A stretch of 64,000 nucleotides of DNA from Candidatus Multivorans thiocomprendens (GTDB taxonomy: Bacteria > Acidobacteriota > Thermoanaerobaculia > Multivoradales > Multivoraceae), in NCBI GenBank assembly GCA_027493375.1, contig JAPVWO010000250.1, positions 1,743 through 65,742 of the forward strand, given 5' to 3'. This document shows, piece after piece, positions 11,986-21,784 of the stretch. Below the pieces are notes generated by a model. That model was not told where the DNA came from, did not search any database, and saw nothing but the letters and a program-made list of their open reading frames with translations. Each line of letters starts with the position of its first letter. The stretch's first letter is position 1. A program made the position numbers and the translations under genes.

Positions 11986-12405
11986 TCAACTCCGGCGCTT
12001 GACCATGGTCACGTGGTTGCGGCCGCCTTCGCGGCTGTACGAAGTCTCGTCCATGAGGACCTTCACGAAGTGGACCCCCAGACCGCCGATCTTCCGTTCC
12101 TCCACGCGCGCGTCGAGGTCCGGCTCGGGGGCCTCGTGGAACGGGTCGAACGCCCTTCCGCCGTCGCGAACCTCGATCCGGACTTCGTCGTCGCTCGACG
12201 TGACCTCGATCTCGATCTCGCTGCTGCCAGGCTGACCGCCGCCGTGACGCACCACGTTCGTCGCCACTTCCTCCAAGCCGAGAACGATGGCGTAGGTCGT
12301 GTCCTGCGCCCAACCCTCCTCCGAGCCGAGCGCCTCCACCGCCTCCGAGACACCCGGAAGCTCCTCGATCCGGTTCGGAACACGCAGATGGAGAGTGGCG
12401 CTCAC
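11986..12405 (-). CDS. RsbW/SpoIIAB-like anti-sigma-factor-type serine kinase (HATPase_c_2)
   Basis: 139 aa. The pattern L..vp..i..l......v...g......y.i.lgleEvatNvvrHG is present, followed by IEVRDGGRAFDP and GGLGVHFVKVLMDE. The GTG start overlaps the PP2C gene stop (GTGA). Confidence 0.75.
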   Translation of the reverse strand: MSATLHLRVPNRIEELPGVSEAVEALGSEEGWAQDTTYAIVLGLEEVATNVVRHGGGQPGSSEIEIEVTSSDDEVRIEVRDGGRAFDPFHEAPEPDLDARVEERKIGGLGVHFVKVLMDETSYSREGGRNHVTMVKRRS

Positions 12406-13574
12406 TCGTCGGCGACACGCAAGGTCATGCAGGTCAGATCGTCGAACTGCGGCGCTTCACCGGCGAAGTCCTTCACGGCCTGCAGGATCATCTCCGCGGC
12501 TTCCCGGGCGCTCGGCGTCGGGGGGGCCTGGAACAGACCCTGGAGCGACTCCAGACCGAACTCCTCGTTCGACACGTTGATCGCCTCGGTGACTCCGTCC
12601 GTGAAGAAGACCACCAGATCTCCCGGGTTGAGCCGGACGTTGGCCTGCCCGTACTCGAAGCCGGGAATCGCCCCCAGGGCGAGGCCGCCCGTCAGTTCCA
12701 GCTCCTCCGAACTCCCGTCGGGATGAATGACCAGCGGAGGGTTGTGGCCACCGTTGGAGAAGGTGAGCACCCTGGTCGAGGGATCGTAGACGCCGTAGAA
12801 CACGGTGACGAACATCGCCGCCTCGTTCGTCTCGTTCAGCAGGTCGTTCACCTCCCGGAGGACCGTGGAAGGATCCTCGACCCCGATGGCCGCTCCCTTG
12901 AGCAGGGTGCGGCTCGACATCATGAACAAGGCCGCAGGCACGCCCTTGTCCGACACGTCGGCTACCGCGAGCCCGATCCGTCCCGCGTCGAGGTTGATCA
13001 CGTCGAAGAAGTCCCCCCCGACGTTGCGGGCGGCATGCATGCATCCGTAGACCTCGCAGTCGTCCAGGTGGGGGAAGGTGTCCGGCAGAATCGACTGCTG
13101 GATCTTCGTCGCCACATCGAGCTCGTTCTGTATCGCCACAAGCTTGTCCCGCGAGGCGAGCGCGGCGCGCCATTCGTCGAGGTGCCGCAGCGTCCGCTCG
13201 ATCGTGACCTCGAGGTCGGTGAAGTCGATCGGCTTGGTGACGAAGTCGAAGGCGCCGCGGTTCATTGCGGTGCGGATGTTCTCCATGTCGCCGTAGGCCG
13301 AGACGATGACCGAGCGGAGATCCGAGTTCACTTCGGGGATCTGCTGCAACAGGGTCAGACCGTCCATCTTCGGCATGTTGATGTCCGAGAGGACGATGTC
13401 GATGTCCTGCTTCTCCGCCAGAACCTCCAGCGCCTCGACGCCGTTGCCGGCGAACTCGAAGCCGTACTTGCCCCTGCGGATCTGGCGGCGCATGCGCTGG
13501 CGGACCAGCCGCTCCAGATCCGGCTCGTCGTCGACGACCAGGATCTTGTAGTCGGGATTGTCCCGATCGCCCAC
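12402..13574 (-). CDS. Response-regulator receiver fused to a PP2C/SpoIIE-type phosphatase (RsbU-like)
   Basis: The REC domain shows KILVVDDEPD...DIVLSDINMPKMDG...VIVSAYGD. The PP2C/SpoIIE part shows VGGDFFDV...AVADVSDKGVPAALFM...FFTDGVTEA...DDLTCMTL. Confidence 0.9.
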   Translation of the reverse strand: MGDRDNPDYKILVVDDEPDLERLVRQRMRRQIRRGKYGFEFAGNGVEALEVLAEKQDIDIVLSDINMPKMDGLTLLQQIPEVNSDLRSVIVSAYGDMENIRTAMNRGAFDFVTKPIDFTDLEVTIERTLRHLDEWRAALASRDKLVAIQNELDVATKIQQSILPDTFPHLDDCEVYGCMHAARNVGGDFFDVINLDAGRIGLAVADVSDKGVPAALFMMSSRTLLKGAAIGVEDPSTVLREVNDLLNETNEAAMFVTVFYGVYDPSTRVLTFSNGGHNPPLVIHPDGSSEELELTGGLALGAIPGFEYGQANVRLNPGDLVVFFTDGVTEAINVSNEEFGLESLQGLFQAPPTPSAREAAEMILQAVKDFAGEAPQFDDLTCMTLRVADE

Positions 13575-13606
13575 CTAGACGACCACCCCTTCCGCGCTCT
13601 AACCCT

Positions 13607-13942
13607 CTACCCCGCGGCCGCCAGGGCGTCGGCCTGCGAGTCGTAGATCTGGATGATGCGGTTGAAGCCGCTGATCTCGAACACGGACTGAACGGGATCG
13701 CTCAGCGCGCAGAGAGAGATGCTCACGTTGCGCTGGCCGAGGGTCTTGGCGACCAGCAACACGACCCTCAGGCCGGCGCTGCTGATGTAGGCGAGCTGAC
13801 CCAGGTCGATGACCACGGCCTGGACATCCTCGCCGATCGCCCCCTGCAACTGGCGTTCAAAGTCCTGGGAGTTCGAGCTGTCGACCCGGCCCTCGACTTT
13901 GGCTACAAGAACCTTGTCGTGATTCTCCACCTGGACGTTCAT
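13607..13942 (-). CDS. STAS-domain anti-sigma-factor antagonist (RsbV/SpoIIAA-like)
   Basis: 111 aa. The segment VVIDLGQLAYISSAGLRVLL contains the usual phosphorylatable Ser context. The start overlaps the transglutaminase stop (ATGA). Confidence 0.85.
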   Translation of the reverse strand: MNVQVENHDKVLVAKVEGRVDSSNSQDFERQLQGAIGEDVQAVVIDLGQLAYISSAGLRVVLLVAKTLGQRNVSISLCALSDPVQSVFEISGFNRIIQIYDSQADALAAAG

Positions 13943-14847
13943 ACTCTCTGCCTCCCGTTGCCGTTTCTTCCGCTAAGTCGCGTCTGATCAACTGCATTCA
14001 CTATCACATCCACCGCGATTCGCGCATCCCCGGCACCCTGAAACACCCCCCGCGTGGGAGAGACGTCGGCATAGTCCCGGCCAGCGGCCACGCGAATGTG
14101 CCGCTGATCGCTGAAGGTCGTGTTTGTTGGATCGAAGCCGACCCAGCCGGCCCCCGGCAGCCAGCATTCTACCCACGCGTGACTGGCGCCCGCCGTCACC
14201 CGCTCGCCGGCCCGGCCCGTGTTGTGGAGATAGCCGGACACGTAGCGGGAGGGGATGCCCCAGGAACGGGCGATCGCGATCATCAGGTGAGCGTAGTCCT
14301 GACACACGCCCCGGCCCGACTCCAGCAGGTGCTCGATGGGCGAATCGGCCGCGGTGCTGCCCGGCTCGTACTCGAAGCGCTCGCGGATCCCGTCGGACAC
14401 GCGGACCAGGCTCTCCATCGGATCTTCCTCCGGGCGGAACCCCTCGCCGCGGACGAAGTCCTCGAGCGCGGGTGACGGCCGAGCCAGCACGCTGGGCTCC
14501 ACAAAGTGCCAGTACTCCGGCAGGTGGCGCAGGCTTCGCACTTCCTCCCAGCCGCCGACCGCTTCCACGCTCGAGGTCGCGGCGAGTTCCGCCCGGAACC
14601 GGGACGTGATCACGAGTTCCCCGTGGCGCCGATGGACATTGAGAACGTGGCGGCGGTTGCCGAAGCAGTCCCGCTCCGGACTCAGAGACGCGGCCGGGAC
14701 CGTCTCGATCTCGAAGCGACGCACCCTCTGGCCCGACGTCCCGGCCGGCTGCAGACAGAGCAGCAGAACGCAGCCGCGGACGCTCTCCGAGTACTCGTAT
14801 CTCGTCCGGTGCTCAACGTCGTAACGGAGCGGGCGGGTAGACGTCAC
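13939..14847 (-). CDS. Transglutaminase-like cysteine peptidase family protein
   Basis: Start trimmed to the GTG at 14847 (GTGA overlap with the alpha-E stop). The N-terminal YDVEHRTRYEYS matches the Bact_transglu_N pattern. The catalytic core shows GRGVCQDYAHLMIAIARSWGIPSRYVSGY and HAWVECWLPGAGWVGFDPTN. Confidence 0.9.
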   Translation of the reverse strand: MTSTRPLRYDVEHRTRYEYSESVRGCVLLLCLQPAGTSGQRVRRFEIETVPAASLSPERDCFGNRRHVLNVHRRHGELVITSRFRAELAATSSVEAVGGWEEVRSLRHLPEYWHFVEPSVLARPSPALEDFVRGEGFRPEEDPMESLVRVSDGIRERFEYEPGSTAADSPIEHLLESGRGVCQDYAHLMIAIARSWGIPSRYVSGYLHNTGRAGERVTAGASHAWVECWLPGAGWVGFDPTNTTFSDQRHIRVAAGRDYADVSPTRGVFQGAGDARIAVDVIVNAVDQTRLSGRNGNGRQRV

Positions 14848-15806
14848 CGCAGCGGAGAATCCTCGATCGCGTAGTCCACGAAGGCGCCGAGCACGGCCTC
14901 GTGCAGATCGCGGGCGGACTGGCTGACCCGTTCCAGCAGTTCTTCGGGCTCCGACGCTTCCGGCCAATCGTAGAGGATGAGCGCCTCGGCCCGGCCTGCC
15001 AACCGCCGGGCGGCGGCGTCCGCGTCGACGCCAGGTCCGCCGCCGAGTCCTTCGAGTTCCGCCGCCGCGGCCTGCACGGTGGCGAGCACGGAGCCGGGCA
15101 GGGATGGATCGGCGACCAGCAGGTCGAGGACCCGGTCCGGCTTCATCTCGATCCCGTGGACGCGGCCGTAGGCCTCCAGGGCATGGTGAGTGCGCAGCAT
15201 GCTGGCCCAGCCCAGCGTTCGCCTCTCCGTGAGGCGGCTCAGTTCGATCTGGGCAAGCAGCAGGGACACCGCGAGTTGTGCCCGCTCGATCGCCCTGCCG
15301 AGGCGCATGAACCGCCAGGCCGCGCCACGATACATCGTCGCATCCGCGACCCCGACGAAGTTGTGGATCTCGCTGCGCGTCCGGGCGTAGAAGACCTCCG
15401 GCGTCCTCCAGACATCGACGGCCTCGAGATCGCGGATCCGCAGCCAGGCGGCGTTCAGGCAGGTCCACATCTCGCCGCTGATGCAGTGACGCATCTGGCG
15501 GGCGTTCTCGCGCCCGCTGGCCACAGCGCTCCACACGGAATCCGGATTCGAACGCTCGAACGTCAGGTCGTCCGCCAGCGTGAAGGCGTCCGCCAGGGCG
15601 AACTCCTCCGTCTCCGGCAGGAATTCCTCGCCCGGAGGCGGCAACCGCTTCATGCACCGGTAGATCCGCTTCCAGCCGAAGTGAATCTCCTCGACCGAAC
15701 GGTCGACCAGAAACTGCACCTGCAACTCCAGCAGGCGGCTCAGGTAGCCGGCCCTCGCCAGGTAGCGAGCCATCCAGTAGACCCCCTGGGCACTGCGCGA
15801 GAGCAT
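14844..15806 (-). CDS. Alpha-E domain protein (DUF403 family)
   Basis: The ATG at 15806 overlaps the ATP-grasp stop (ATGA). The N-terminus MLSRSAQGVYWMARYLARAGYLSRLLE matches the characteristic alpha-E start (LLSRvAe..yWmgRY.ERAe). The protein looks all-helical. Confidence 0.8.
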   Translation of the reverse strand: MLSRSAQGVYWMARYLARAGYLSRLLELQVQFLVDRSVEEIHFGWKRIYRCMKRLPPPGEEFLPETEEFALADAFTLADDLTFERSNPDSVWSAVASGRENARQMRHCISGEMWTCLNAAWLRIRDLEAVDVWRTPEVFYARTRSEIHNFVGVADATMYRGAAWRFMRLGRAIERAQLAVSLLLAQIELSRLTERRTLGWASMLRTHHALEAYGRVHGIEMKPDRVLDLLVADPSLPGSVLATVQAAAAELEGLGGGPGVDADAAARRLAGRAEALILYDWPEASEPEELLERVSQSARDLHEAVLGAFVDYAIEDSPLR

Positions 15807-17248
15807 CAGAGGTCGACCACCCAGAGATCCTTGCCGCCGCCGCCCTGGCTCGAGTTCACGACCAGGCTGCCCCTGCGCAGGGCGACCCGGCAGAACGCAC
15901 CGGGCACGATCCGGGTCTCGTTTCCGGTCAGGACGAAGGGGCGAAGGTCGACGTGGCGCGGTTCGGCGTGACCTTCGATCAGGCAGGGCGACCGCGACAG
16001 CGCCAGGGTGGGCTGCGAGATGAAGTCCGCGGGATCGGCCCGAAGCGTCTTCGCATACTCGTCCCGTTCTTCCGGCGTCGAGTGCGGGCCGACCAGCATG
16101 CCGTAGCCCCCCGACTCGCCGACCCGCTTGACGACCAGACGCTCCAGGTTGTCCAGCGTGTACTCCAGATCCTCGGGCCGCCTGCATAGGCGGGTCTCGA
16201 CGTTCTGCAAGAGCGGCTCTTCGGCCAGGTAGTAGCGAACCATGTCCGGCACGTAGGCGTAGACGCTCTTGTCGTCGGCAACGCCCGTTCCCGGAGCGTT
16301 GGCCAGGGCCACGTTGCCGCGCTTGAACGCGTTCATCAGGCCCGGAACGCCCAGCAGGGAGTCCTCGCGGAAAACCAGCGGGTCGAGGAAATCGTCGTCC
16401 ACGCGGCGGTAGATCACGTCGACCCGTTTGAGGCCGGAGGTCGTCCGCATGTAGACGAACCCGTCGTTGACCAGCAGGTCCTGCCCTTCGACGAGTTCGG
16501 CGCCGATCTCGTGAGCCAGGAACATGTGCTCGTAGAACGCCGAGTTCCAGGTGCCGGGAGTGAGCAGCGCCAGGCACGGGTCCGGCCTGCCGCCGGGCGA
16601 CAGCTCGCAGAGGGTCTGCCGCAGCAGGCTGCCGTACTGCTCGACGTCCTGAACCCGGGACCGCCGGTAGAGCCGGCGCAGGCCGGCCTTCACCGCCTTG
16701 CGATTGGCGATCATGTAGGACACGCCCGAGGGCACGCGCAGGTTGTCCTCCAGCACCATGAAGCCCTCGTGCGTGCGGACGATGTCCGTGCCGCAGATCG
16801 TCACCCAGACATCGTTGGGTACGCTGACCCCGCGCATCGCCACCCGGTACTGCGGGCAGCCGAGGATGACGTCGGCGGGAATCACGCCGTCCCTGACGAC
16901 GCGGCAGTCGCCGTAGACGTCGGCGAGGAACAGGTTGAGCGTCCGGATCCGCTGCACCAGACCGGCTTCGAGTTCCCGCCACTCCGCCAGGGCGAGCAGG
17001 CGCGGCACGCAGTCGATCGGGATGATCCGTTCCTCCGCCTCCTCGTCGCCGTAGACGGTAAAGGTGATTCCCTCCTGGGAGAACGAGCGCGTCACCCGTT
17101 CCTGGATCGTGTTCAGGTCGTCGTCGGGCAGTGCCCCGAGCGCCTCGACGACCGCCTGGCAGTGGTCGCGAGGCTCTCCCTCCGCGACGAACATCTCGTC
17201 GCAGATCGCAGGATCGAAGTCGTAGAGGCTGAAGTCCACCGGACCCAC
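15806..17248 (-). CDS. Circularly permuted type-2 ATP-grasp protein (DUF404/DUF407 amidoligase family)
   Basis: 480 aa. Segments such as FTVYGD...ERIIPIDCVPRL, GVSYMIANR, NAPGTGVADDKSVYAYVP and KRVGESGGYGMLVGP match the family usually found with alpha-E and transglutaminase genes. Confidence 0.85.
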   Translation of the reverse strand: MGPVDFSLYDFDPAICDEMFVAEGEPRDHCQAVVEALGALPDDDLNTIQERVTRSFSQEGITFTVYGDEEAEERIIPIDCVPRLLALAEWRELEAGLVQRIRTLNLFLADVYGDCRVVRDGVIPADVILGCPQYRVAMRGVSVPNDVWVTICGTDIVRTHEGFMVLEDNLRVPSGVSYMIANRKAVKAGLRRLYRRSRVQDVEQYGSLLRQTLCELSPGGRPDPCLALLTPGTWNSAFYEHMFLAHEIGAELVEGQDLLVNDGFVYMRTTSGLKRVDVIYRRVDDDFLDPLVFREDSLLGVPGLMNAFKRGNVALANAPGTGVADDKSVYAYVPDMVRYYLAEEPLLQNVETRLCRRPEDLEYTLDNLERLVVKRVGESGGYGMLVGPHSTPEERDEYAKTLRADPADFISQPTLALSRSPCLIEGHAEPRHVDLRPFVLTGNETRIVPGAFCRVALRRGSLVVNSSQGGGGKDLWVVDL

Positions 17249-17443
17249 TCGGGCGGTTTGCCGAACGGGCGTATCCTACAGGTACGGAAAGAGTAAGCCC
17301 TCCCGCCGGAGGTTGCGGGCGGACTGGGACGGCCAGCCGCTTGGACGCCGCGGCCCTCCGCCCCGTATCATCCTGTAAGCCGCCGGCGACGCGCCCCGAC
17401 TGCGCCGCGGCCGAACCTGAACTTCAACCCAAGGAGCACGAAG

Positions 17444-18019
17444 ATGACCGGAGCGCGCTCCCACAGCCGGCAAGCCGGCTTCACCCTGATCGAACTCCTG
17501 ATCGTCGTGGCGATCATCGGCATCATCTCCGCCTTGCTGGTGCCGAACCTGATGACCGGGCTGCAGAACGCGAACCAGACCCGCACCCAGGCCGACATGA
17601 AGGCCGTGGGCTCCGCCTGGATGCAGTGGCTGACCGACCAGGTCAGCGCCGCCGCCGCCGGCTCAAGCACGACCGCCACGTTCAGTTGGAGCGAGTTCAC
17701 CTATCCCGACTTCTCCCACGCGGACCTCTCCGCCCTGCTCCGTCCGTCGAACACGTTCTTCTACCTGCAGGACGTGCCCGAACGAGACGGCTGGAACAAC
17801 CCCTACCGGTTCGGCTTCGCCGGTTCGGACCAGCTCCTCGGCACCCAGGTCATCGGCATCTGGAGCGGCGGCCGCGACGGCTCGAACAGCGAACAGCCGC
17901 AGTCCACCTACGAGATCGGCGCGTTCCGCGGCACCGACTTCAACGAGGATCTGGTCTGGGCCGACGGCTACTGGGTCCGCTGGCCGGGTAGCGCCGCGGA
18001 AGTCGACACGTCCGAGTAG
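17444..18019 (+). CDS. Prepilin-type N-terminal cleavage/methylation domain protein (type IV pilin or T2SS pseudopilin-like)
   Basis: AAGGAG Shine-Dalgarno sequence precedes the ATG. The N-terminus reads ...RQAGFTLIELLIVVAIIGIISALLVPNL, the class III signal with G/F cleavage site and Glu5. Confidence 0.8.
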   Translation: MTGARSHSRQAGFTLIELLIVVAIIGIISALLVPNLMTGLQNANQTRTQADMKAVGSAWMQWLTDQVSAAAAGSSTTATFSWSEFTYPDFSHADLSALLRPSNTFFYLQDVPERDGWNNPYRFGFAGSDQLLGTQVIGIWSGGRDGSNSEQPQSTYEIGAFRGTDFNEDLVWADGYWVRWPGSAAEVDTSE

Positions 18020-18049
18020 CCGGCCGCGCCCGGCCCGCCCCGGCGGCGA

Positions 18050-18922
18050 CTAGATCTGGGAGAACGCGGTCGGCCGCAGGAACACGTTCTCGATCCGTGA
18101 GACGGTTCCCTTGTAGTAGTCCATGTCGCGCATCCGGATCCACTCGGGATGGCCGCCGAACGCCTGCCAGTGTTCCCGGTGCGCCTCCATGTCGGGGGCG
18201 GACAGGATGTAGACGAGGGCCGGAACGTCCGCACCGACCAGGAGTTCAGCAAACAGGAGGGGCGCCATGTCGACATCCCGCATGATGTCGATTTCACCGT
18301 TGTCGAACATGTGGACCTTGCGGCGGGCCGTCTCCTCGTTGTGGCTCTCGTACAGGCGCAGCTCGAAGATCCGGTCCTGCCCGGCCGCGGTCTGGGGCGG
18401 AAGCTCCATCGCCGGCATGCCCTTGAAGGCCCGCAGCAACCAGCTCTCCACGCGCTCGTAGATCGGCTCCTGCCTCGGCGTCGCGTACATCGGCGCGGCG
18501 GCTTCCAGGTACTCGGCGTCGGCTTCGAGCGTCGACTTCATCGCCGTGAAGTCCCCGACAGTCGGGAAGGCGATGATCGCCCACACGGAGAGCGAATCCA
18601 CCGGGTCGACCGGCTCGTCCGCCTCGGCGGGCGGCTCGACTCCGAACACGCCCACCCTGTCGATCCCGGCGCGGTTGAGCGCCGGCACCAGGGCGTTTTC
18701 CAGGTAGGCGAGGACGGTCTGCCGGCTGTCCTCGTCGGCCAGGCGGTAACGGCGGATCTCGTAGTACTCCCGCCCCGATTCGCTTTCCGCCGCGGCATGC
18801 CCGTCGCCCGCCGCATCCGCCACCGGCGCTTCGGCCGGTGCGCAGGCCAGCACCAGCGCGGCAGCCGCGGCGCCGGCCAGGAAGACGGGAAGCGAACGCC
18901 TGGATTGCTGGGTCATCGACAT
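18050..18922 (-). CDS. NIPSNAP family protein (two NIPSNAP repeats) with signal peptide
   Basis: Start trimmed to the ATG at 18922 (MSMTQQSRRSLPVFLAGAAAAALVLACA). The repeats read YYEIRRYRL...L.YLENALVPALNRAGI..VGVF and IFELRLYESHN... Confidence 0.65.
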   Translation of the reverse strand: MSMTQQSRRSLPVFLAGAAAAALVLACAPAEAPVADAAGDGHAAAESESGREYYEIRRYRLADEDSRQTVLAYLENALVPALNRAGIDRVGVFGVEPPAEADEPVDPVDSLSVWAIIAFPTVGDFTAMKSTLEADAEYLEAAAPMYATPRQEPIYERVESWLLRAFKGMPAMELPPQTAAGQDRIFELRLYESHNEETARRKVHMFDNGEIDIMRDVDMAPLLFAELLVGADVPALVYILSAPDMEAHREHWQAFGGHPEWIRMRDMDYYKGTVSRIENVFLRPTAFSQI

Positions 18923-18948
18923 GCTGGATTCTCCTTGCGGCCGTGACG

Positions 18949-19884
18949 CTACTTCCTGGCCAGCAGCCAGGCGCGCATCGTGTCGGAAACGAGGTCGGCG
19001 GCCTCCAACTGGACCCAATGGCCAACCGTCGGCACCGTGACCAGGGTGTAGTCGCGGTCGACCCAGTCCCAGGTGTTCTTCAGCCCGTCCTTGTCCACCG
19101 CCGTGTCCTTGAGGCCGTGGAACTGGAGGACGGGCATCTTGAGGTTCGGCACCTCGCCGCCGGCCGCGACGCCGCCGTAGTTCGCCCGGTAGTAGTTCAG
19201 CATGCCGTCCCAGTAGGAACGGGAGAACGCCTCGCGGTAGTGGCCGGCCACCTTCTCGCCCTCGCTCTCGTAGCGGCCGAGCAGCCCCTCCGGCACCGGG
19301 CGGCCGTCCGGCTCGGACGAGGCGAAGTTCCGGGCGTACTGGACGTTGCGGCGCTGCTCCTCGGTCGCGTTCGCGATCACGTTCGCATAGCCGCGGGGGT
19401 GGGTGAGGTTCATGATGATCAACCGCTTGACCTTGTCCGGATTCTCGATCGCGAACCGCCAGGCGATCGCCCCGCCCCAGTCGTGGCCGACCAGGTTGAT
19501 CGGCGCGCCGAGGTCCTCGGCCACGGCCGCGACGTCCGCGAGGAGATGCGGCATCGCGTAGTCCTCGACCCGCTTCGGCTGGCCGCTGCGGTTGTAGCCG
19601 CGGAGGTCCATCGCCGCGGCGCGGAAGTCCCCTTCGAGAGCGGCCATCTGGTGCCGGTAGCTGTACCAGATGTCGGGGAACCCGTGGATGAACAGCACCG
19701 GCTCGCCCTCGCCGAGGGTGACGTAGTGGATTCCGACATCGCCGTTCTTTACCGTGTGGTGTTCGACCCGGTCCCAGACATCCGCGTTGGAATCGTCCGC
19801 GGCGAGACCCGCGGGGAGAATCGCGGCCGCGAGCAACAATGCCGCGCACCGGACCGAACGCTTGCGAGCTTCGATGGAGTTCAT
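18949..19884 (-). CDS. Alpha/beta hydrolase, epoxide hydrolase/haloalkane dehalogenase-like, secreted
   Basis: Start trimmed to the ATG at 19884, which gives a signal peptide. Motifs HGFPDIWYSYRHQM, VGHDWGG (Asp nucleophile elbow) and TVPTVGHWV are present. Confidence 0.85.
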   Translation of the reverse strand: MNSIEARKRSVRCAALLLAAAILPAGLAADDSNADVWDRVEHHTVKNGDVGIHYVTLGEGEPVLFIHGFPDIWYSYRHQMAALEGDFRAAAMDLRGYNRSGQPKRVEDYAMPHLLADVAAVAEDLGAPINLVGHDWGGAIAWRFAIENPDKVKRLIIMNLTHPRGYANVIANATEEQRRNVQYARNFASSEPDGRPVPEGLLGRYESEGEKVAGHYREAFSRSYWDGMLNYYRANYGGVAAGGEVPNLKMPVLQFHGLKDTAVDKDGLKNTWDWVDRDYTLVTVPTVGHWVQLEAADLVSDTMRAWLLARK

Positions 19885-19942
19885 GCTCCGCCCTCCTGGG
19901 TTTGAGCGGGCCATCGTAGCAGCGTCGCCTGGCGGAACGGAC

Positions 19943-20461
19943 CTAAGGCAGCCGTCCTTCTTCCGCGGGAGGCGCTTCTTCCGCGGCCGGAAGGGCCTCG
20001 GCCGGCGGATCGTCAAAGCGCTTGTAGTTCCTCCCGTAGTCCGGCCGCGTACGGCGATGGCATACGACGCAGGACATGTAGACCTGCTCGTTCAGGGCGA
20101 TCAGCGCATCGAGGTCCCGCTCGAGGGCGGCCTCGTAGGCCGCGGCGCCGGCGTCGAACATCAGCCGCGCGTCGCGCATCCACTCGTCGCGGTCGCCGAC
20201 CACGCGACTCGGCATCATGATCAGGTTGGCCGACTCGGCGAGGATGAGCGCCTGCGCCTGCAGTTCGTTCCACTCGACTTCATTGGCCGGGGCACGGCTC
20301 TCGACGTAGAGGATCGCGTCCGACGCCGGGTACATGAGCTTGATCATCAGCTCGCTCATCGTGCCGATCGGTTCCGGCTCGGGAACCGGTCCATCGTCCC
20401 CGGCGGCCACCGCGCCCGCGAGGCCGGCGACAAGCGCGGCGGTTGCAATCTTCCCCGGCAT
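19943..20461 (-). CDS. Periplasmic four-helix-bundle c-type cytochrome, cytochrome c'/c-556-like (class II)
   Basis: Only the last 172 codons of the 591-aa ORF look real. There is a signal peptide MPGKIATAALVAGLAGAVAA, a helical body and a single CVVCH motif near the C-terminus, as in class II cytochromes c. Confidence 0.5.
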   Translation of the reverse strand: MPGKIATAALVAGLAGAVAAGDDGPVPEPEPIGTMSELMIKLMYPASDAILYVESRAPANEVEWNELQAQALILAESANLIMMPSRVVGDRDEWMRDARLMFDAGAAAYEAALERDLDALIALNEQVYMSCVVCHRRTRPDYGRNYKRFDDPPAEALPAAEEAPPAEEGRLP

Positions 20462-20533
20462 GAGGTCCCCCTTCGCGGCTATCATGGCATGATCCCGCCG
20501 GCCCCGGTAACGACCCGGAGACGAACCCCAGCC

Positions 20534-21784
20534 ATGAAGCAACAGTTCCTCGTCACCTCGGTCTGCCTGCTCGCGCTTGCCGCCTGCGCGCGGGAGGACG
20601 CCACGCTCCGTCCTGGAGACAACGACCACCGGACGCTCCAGGAAGCGCTGCTGACGGCCGAGCCGGGAGCGCTCATCGAGCTCGCCGCCGGACGCTTCGA
20701 ACTCGACGCTACCCTGTCCCTCGACGTCGAGGGCGTGACCCTGCGCGGCCAGGGGATGGACGAGACGATTCTCGACTTCTCGTTGCAGGCCCCGGGGACC
20801 GGAGGCGAAGGGATTCTCGCGACCGCCGACGACTTCACGGTCGAGAACCTCGCGGTCGAAAACACGAGGGGCGACGGCATCAAGGTGGAGGGCACGACCG
20901 GAGCCGCCTTCCGGAGCGTACGGGTCGAATGGACGAACGGGCCCGACACGAACAACGGCGCCTACGGGCTCTACCCGGTCCAGGTCACGAACGTCCTGAT
21001 CGAGGACAGCCGCGTGCGCGGCGCGTCTGACGCCGGCATCTACGTCGGCCAGTCGGCCAACGTCGTCGTCCGTCGCAACGAAGCCTGGGAGAACGTGGCC
21101 GGCATCGAGATCGAGAACACGACCGGCGCCGACGTCTACGGCAACCGGGCCCACGGCAACACCGGCGGCCTGCTCGTCTTCTCGCTGCCGGAACTGCCCG
21201 TGAAGGACGGCCGCGACGCCCGCGTCTACGACAACGACATCACAGACAACAACCTGCCCAACTTCGGCAAGGAAGGCGCGATCGTGTCGACGATCCCGGC
21301 CGGCTCGGGGATCATCGTGATGGCCAGCGACAACGTCGAACTGTTCGGGAACCGGATCCACCACAACCAGAACTCGAACCTGGCGGTCATCTCCTACCTC
21401 TCGACCGGTCGCACCTACAACGACCCCGGCTACGACCCGTACACCGAGGGCGTCTACATTCACGACAACGAGTTCATCGGCGGCGGCGAGAGCCCGAACG
21501 GCGACTTTGCCGACGCTTTCGTCGCCCTGGCGGGCGGCGCCTTCCCGGACATCGTCTGGGACGGCGTTTCGAACCCGGACAAGCTGGTCGAAGGCGAGGT
21601 CCCCGCGGACCTGCGGCTGTACATCGAGAACAACGGCGACGCCGACTTCGTGAACCTCGACCTCGGGTCCGTCTTCGCGGGCGGCGAACCCGCCGTGAGC
21701 ACGGACCTGGCCGCTCACCAGGGCGCGCTGCCGGCGGTACCCCAGCCGGTCGATCTCGGCGCGGCGACCGGTGGCGCTCCGTAG
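20534..21784 (+). CDS. Parallel beta-helix repeat protein, lipoprotein
   Basis: ATG at 20534 gives the lipobox LLALAAC. Repeated NxxI/GI turns are present (GIKVEGTT, GLYPVQVTN, GIYVGQSAN, GIEIENTTG, GLLVFS). It is the usual partner of SO_2930-type diheme cytochromes. Confidence 0.75.
   Translation: MKQQFLVTSVCLLALAACAREDATLRPGDNDHRTLQEALLTAEPGALIELAAGRFELDATLSLDVEGVTLRGQGMDETILDFSLQAPGTGGEGILATADDFTVENLAVENTRGDGIKVEGTTGAAFRSVRVEWTNGPDTNNGAYGLYPVQVTNVLIEDSRVRGASDAGIYVGQSANVVVRRNEAWENVAGIEIENTTGADVYGNRAHGNTGGLLVFSLPELPVKDGRDARVYDNDITDNNLPNFGKEGAIVSTIPAGSGIIVMASDNVELFGNRIHHNQNSNLAVISYLSTGRTYNDPGYDPYTEGVYIHDNEFIGGGESPNGDFADAFVALAGGAFPDIVWDGVSNPDKLVEGEVPADLRLYIENNGDADFVNLDLGSVFAGGEPAVSTDLAAHQGALPAVPQPVDLGAATGGAP

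Noticed and set aside
10745-12418. Long N-terminal extensions of listed ORFs. These are 10745-12418, 13939-15657, 14844-16982, 18050-19849, 19754-21784, 19943-21718, 43658-45292, 36909-38456 and 40589-42154.
   Set aside because: The upstream parts are low-complexity (R/G/P-rich) and overlap the neighbouring real gene. Internal starts give proper signal peptides or family-typical N-termini, and they often form ATGA/GTGA overlaps with the upstream stop.
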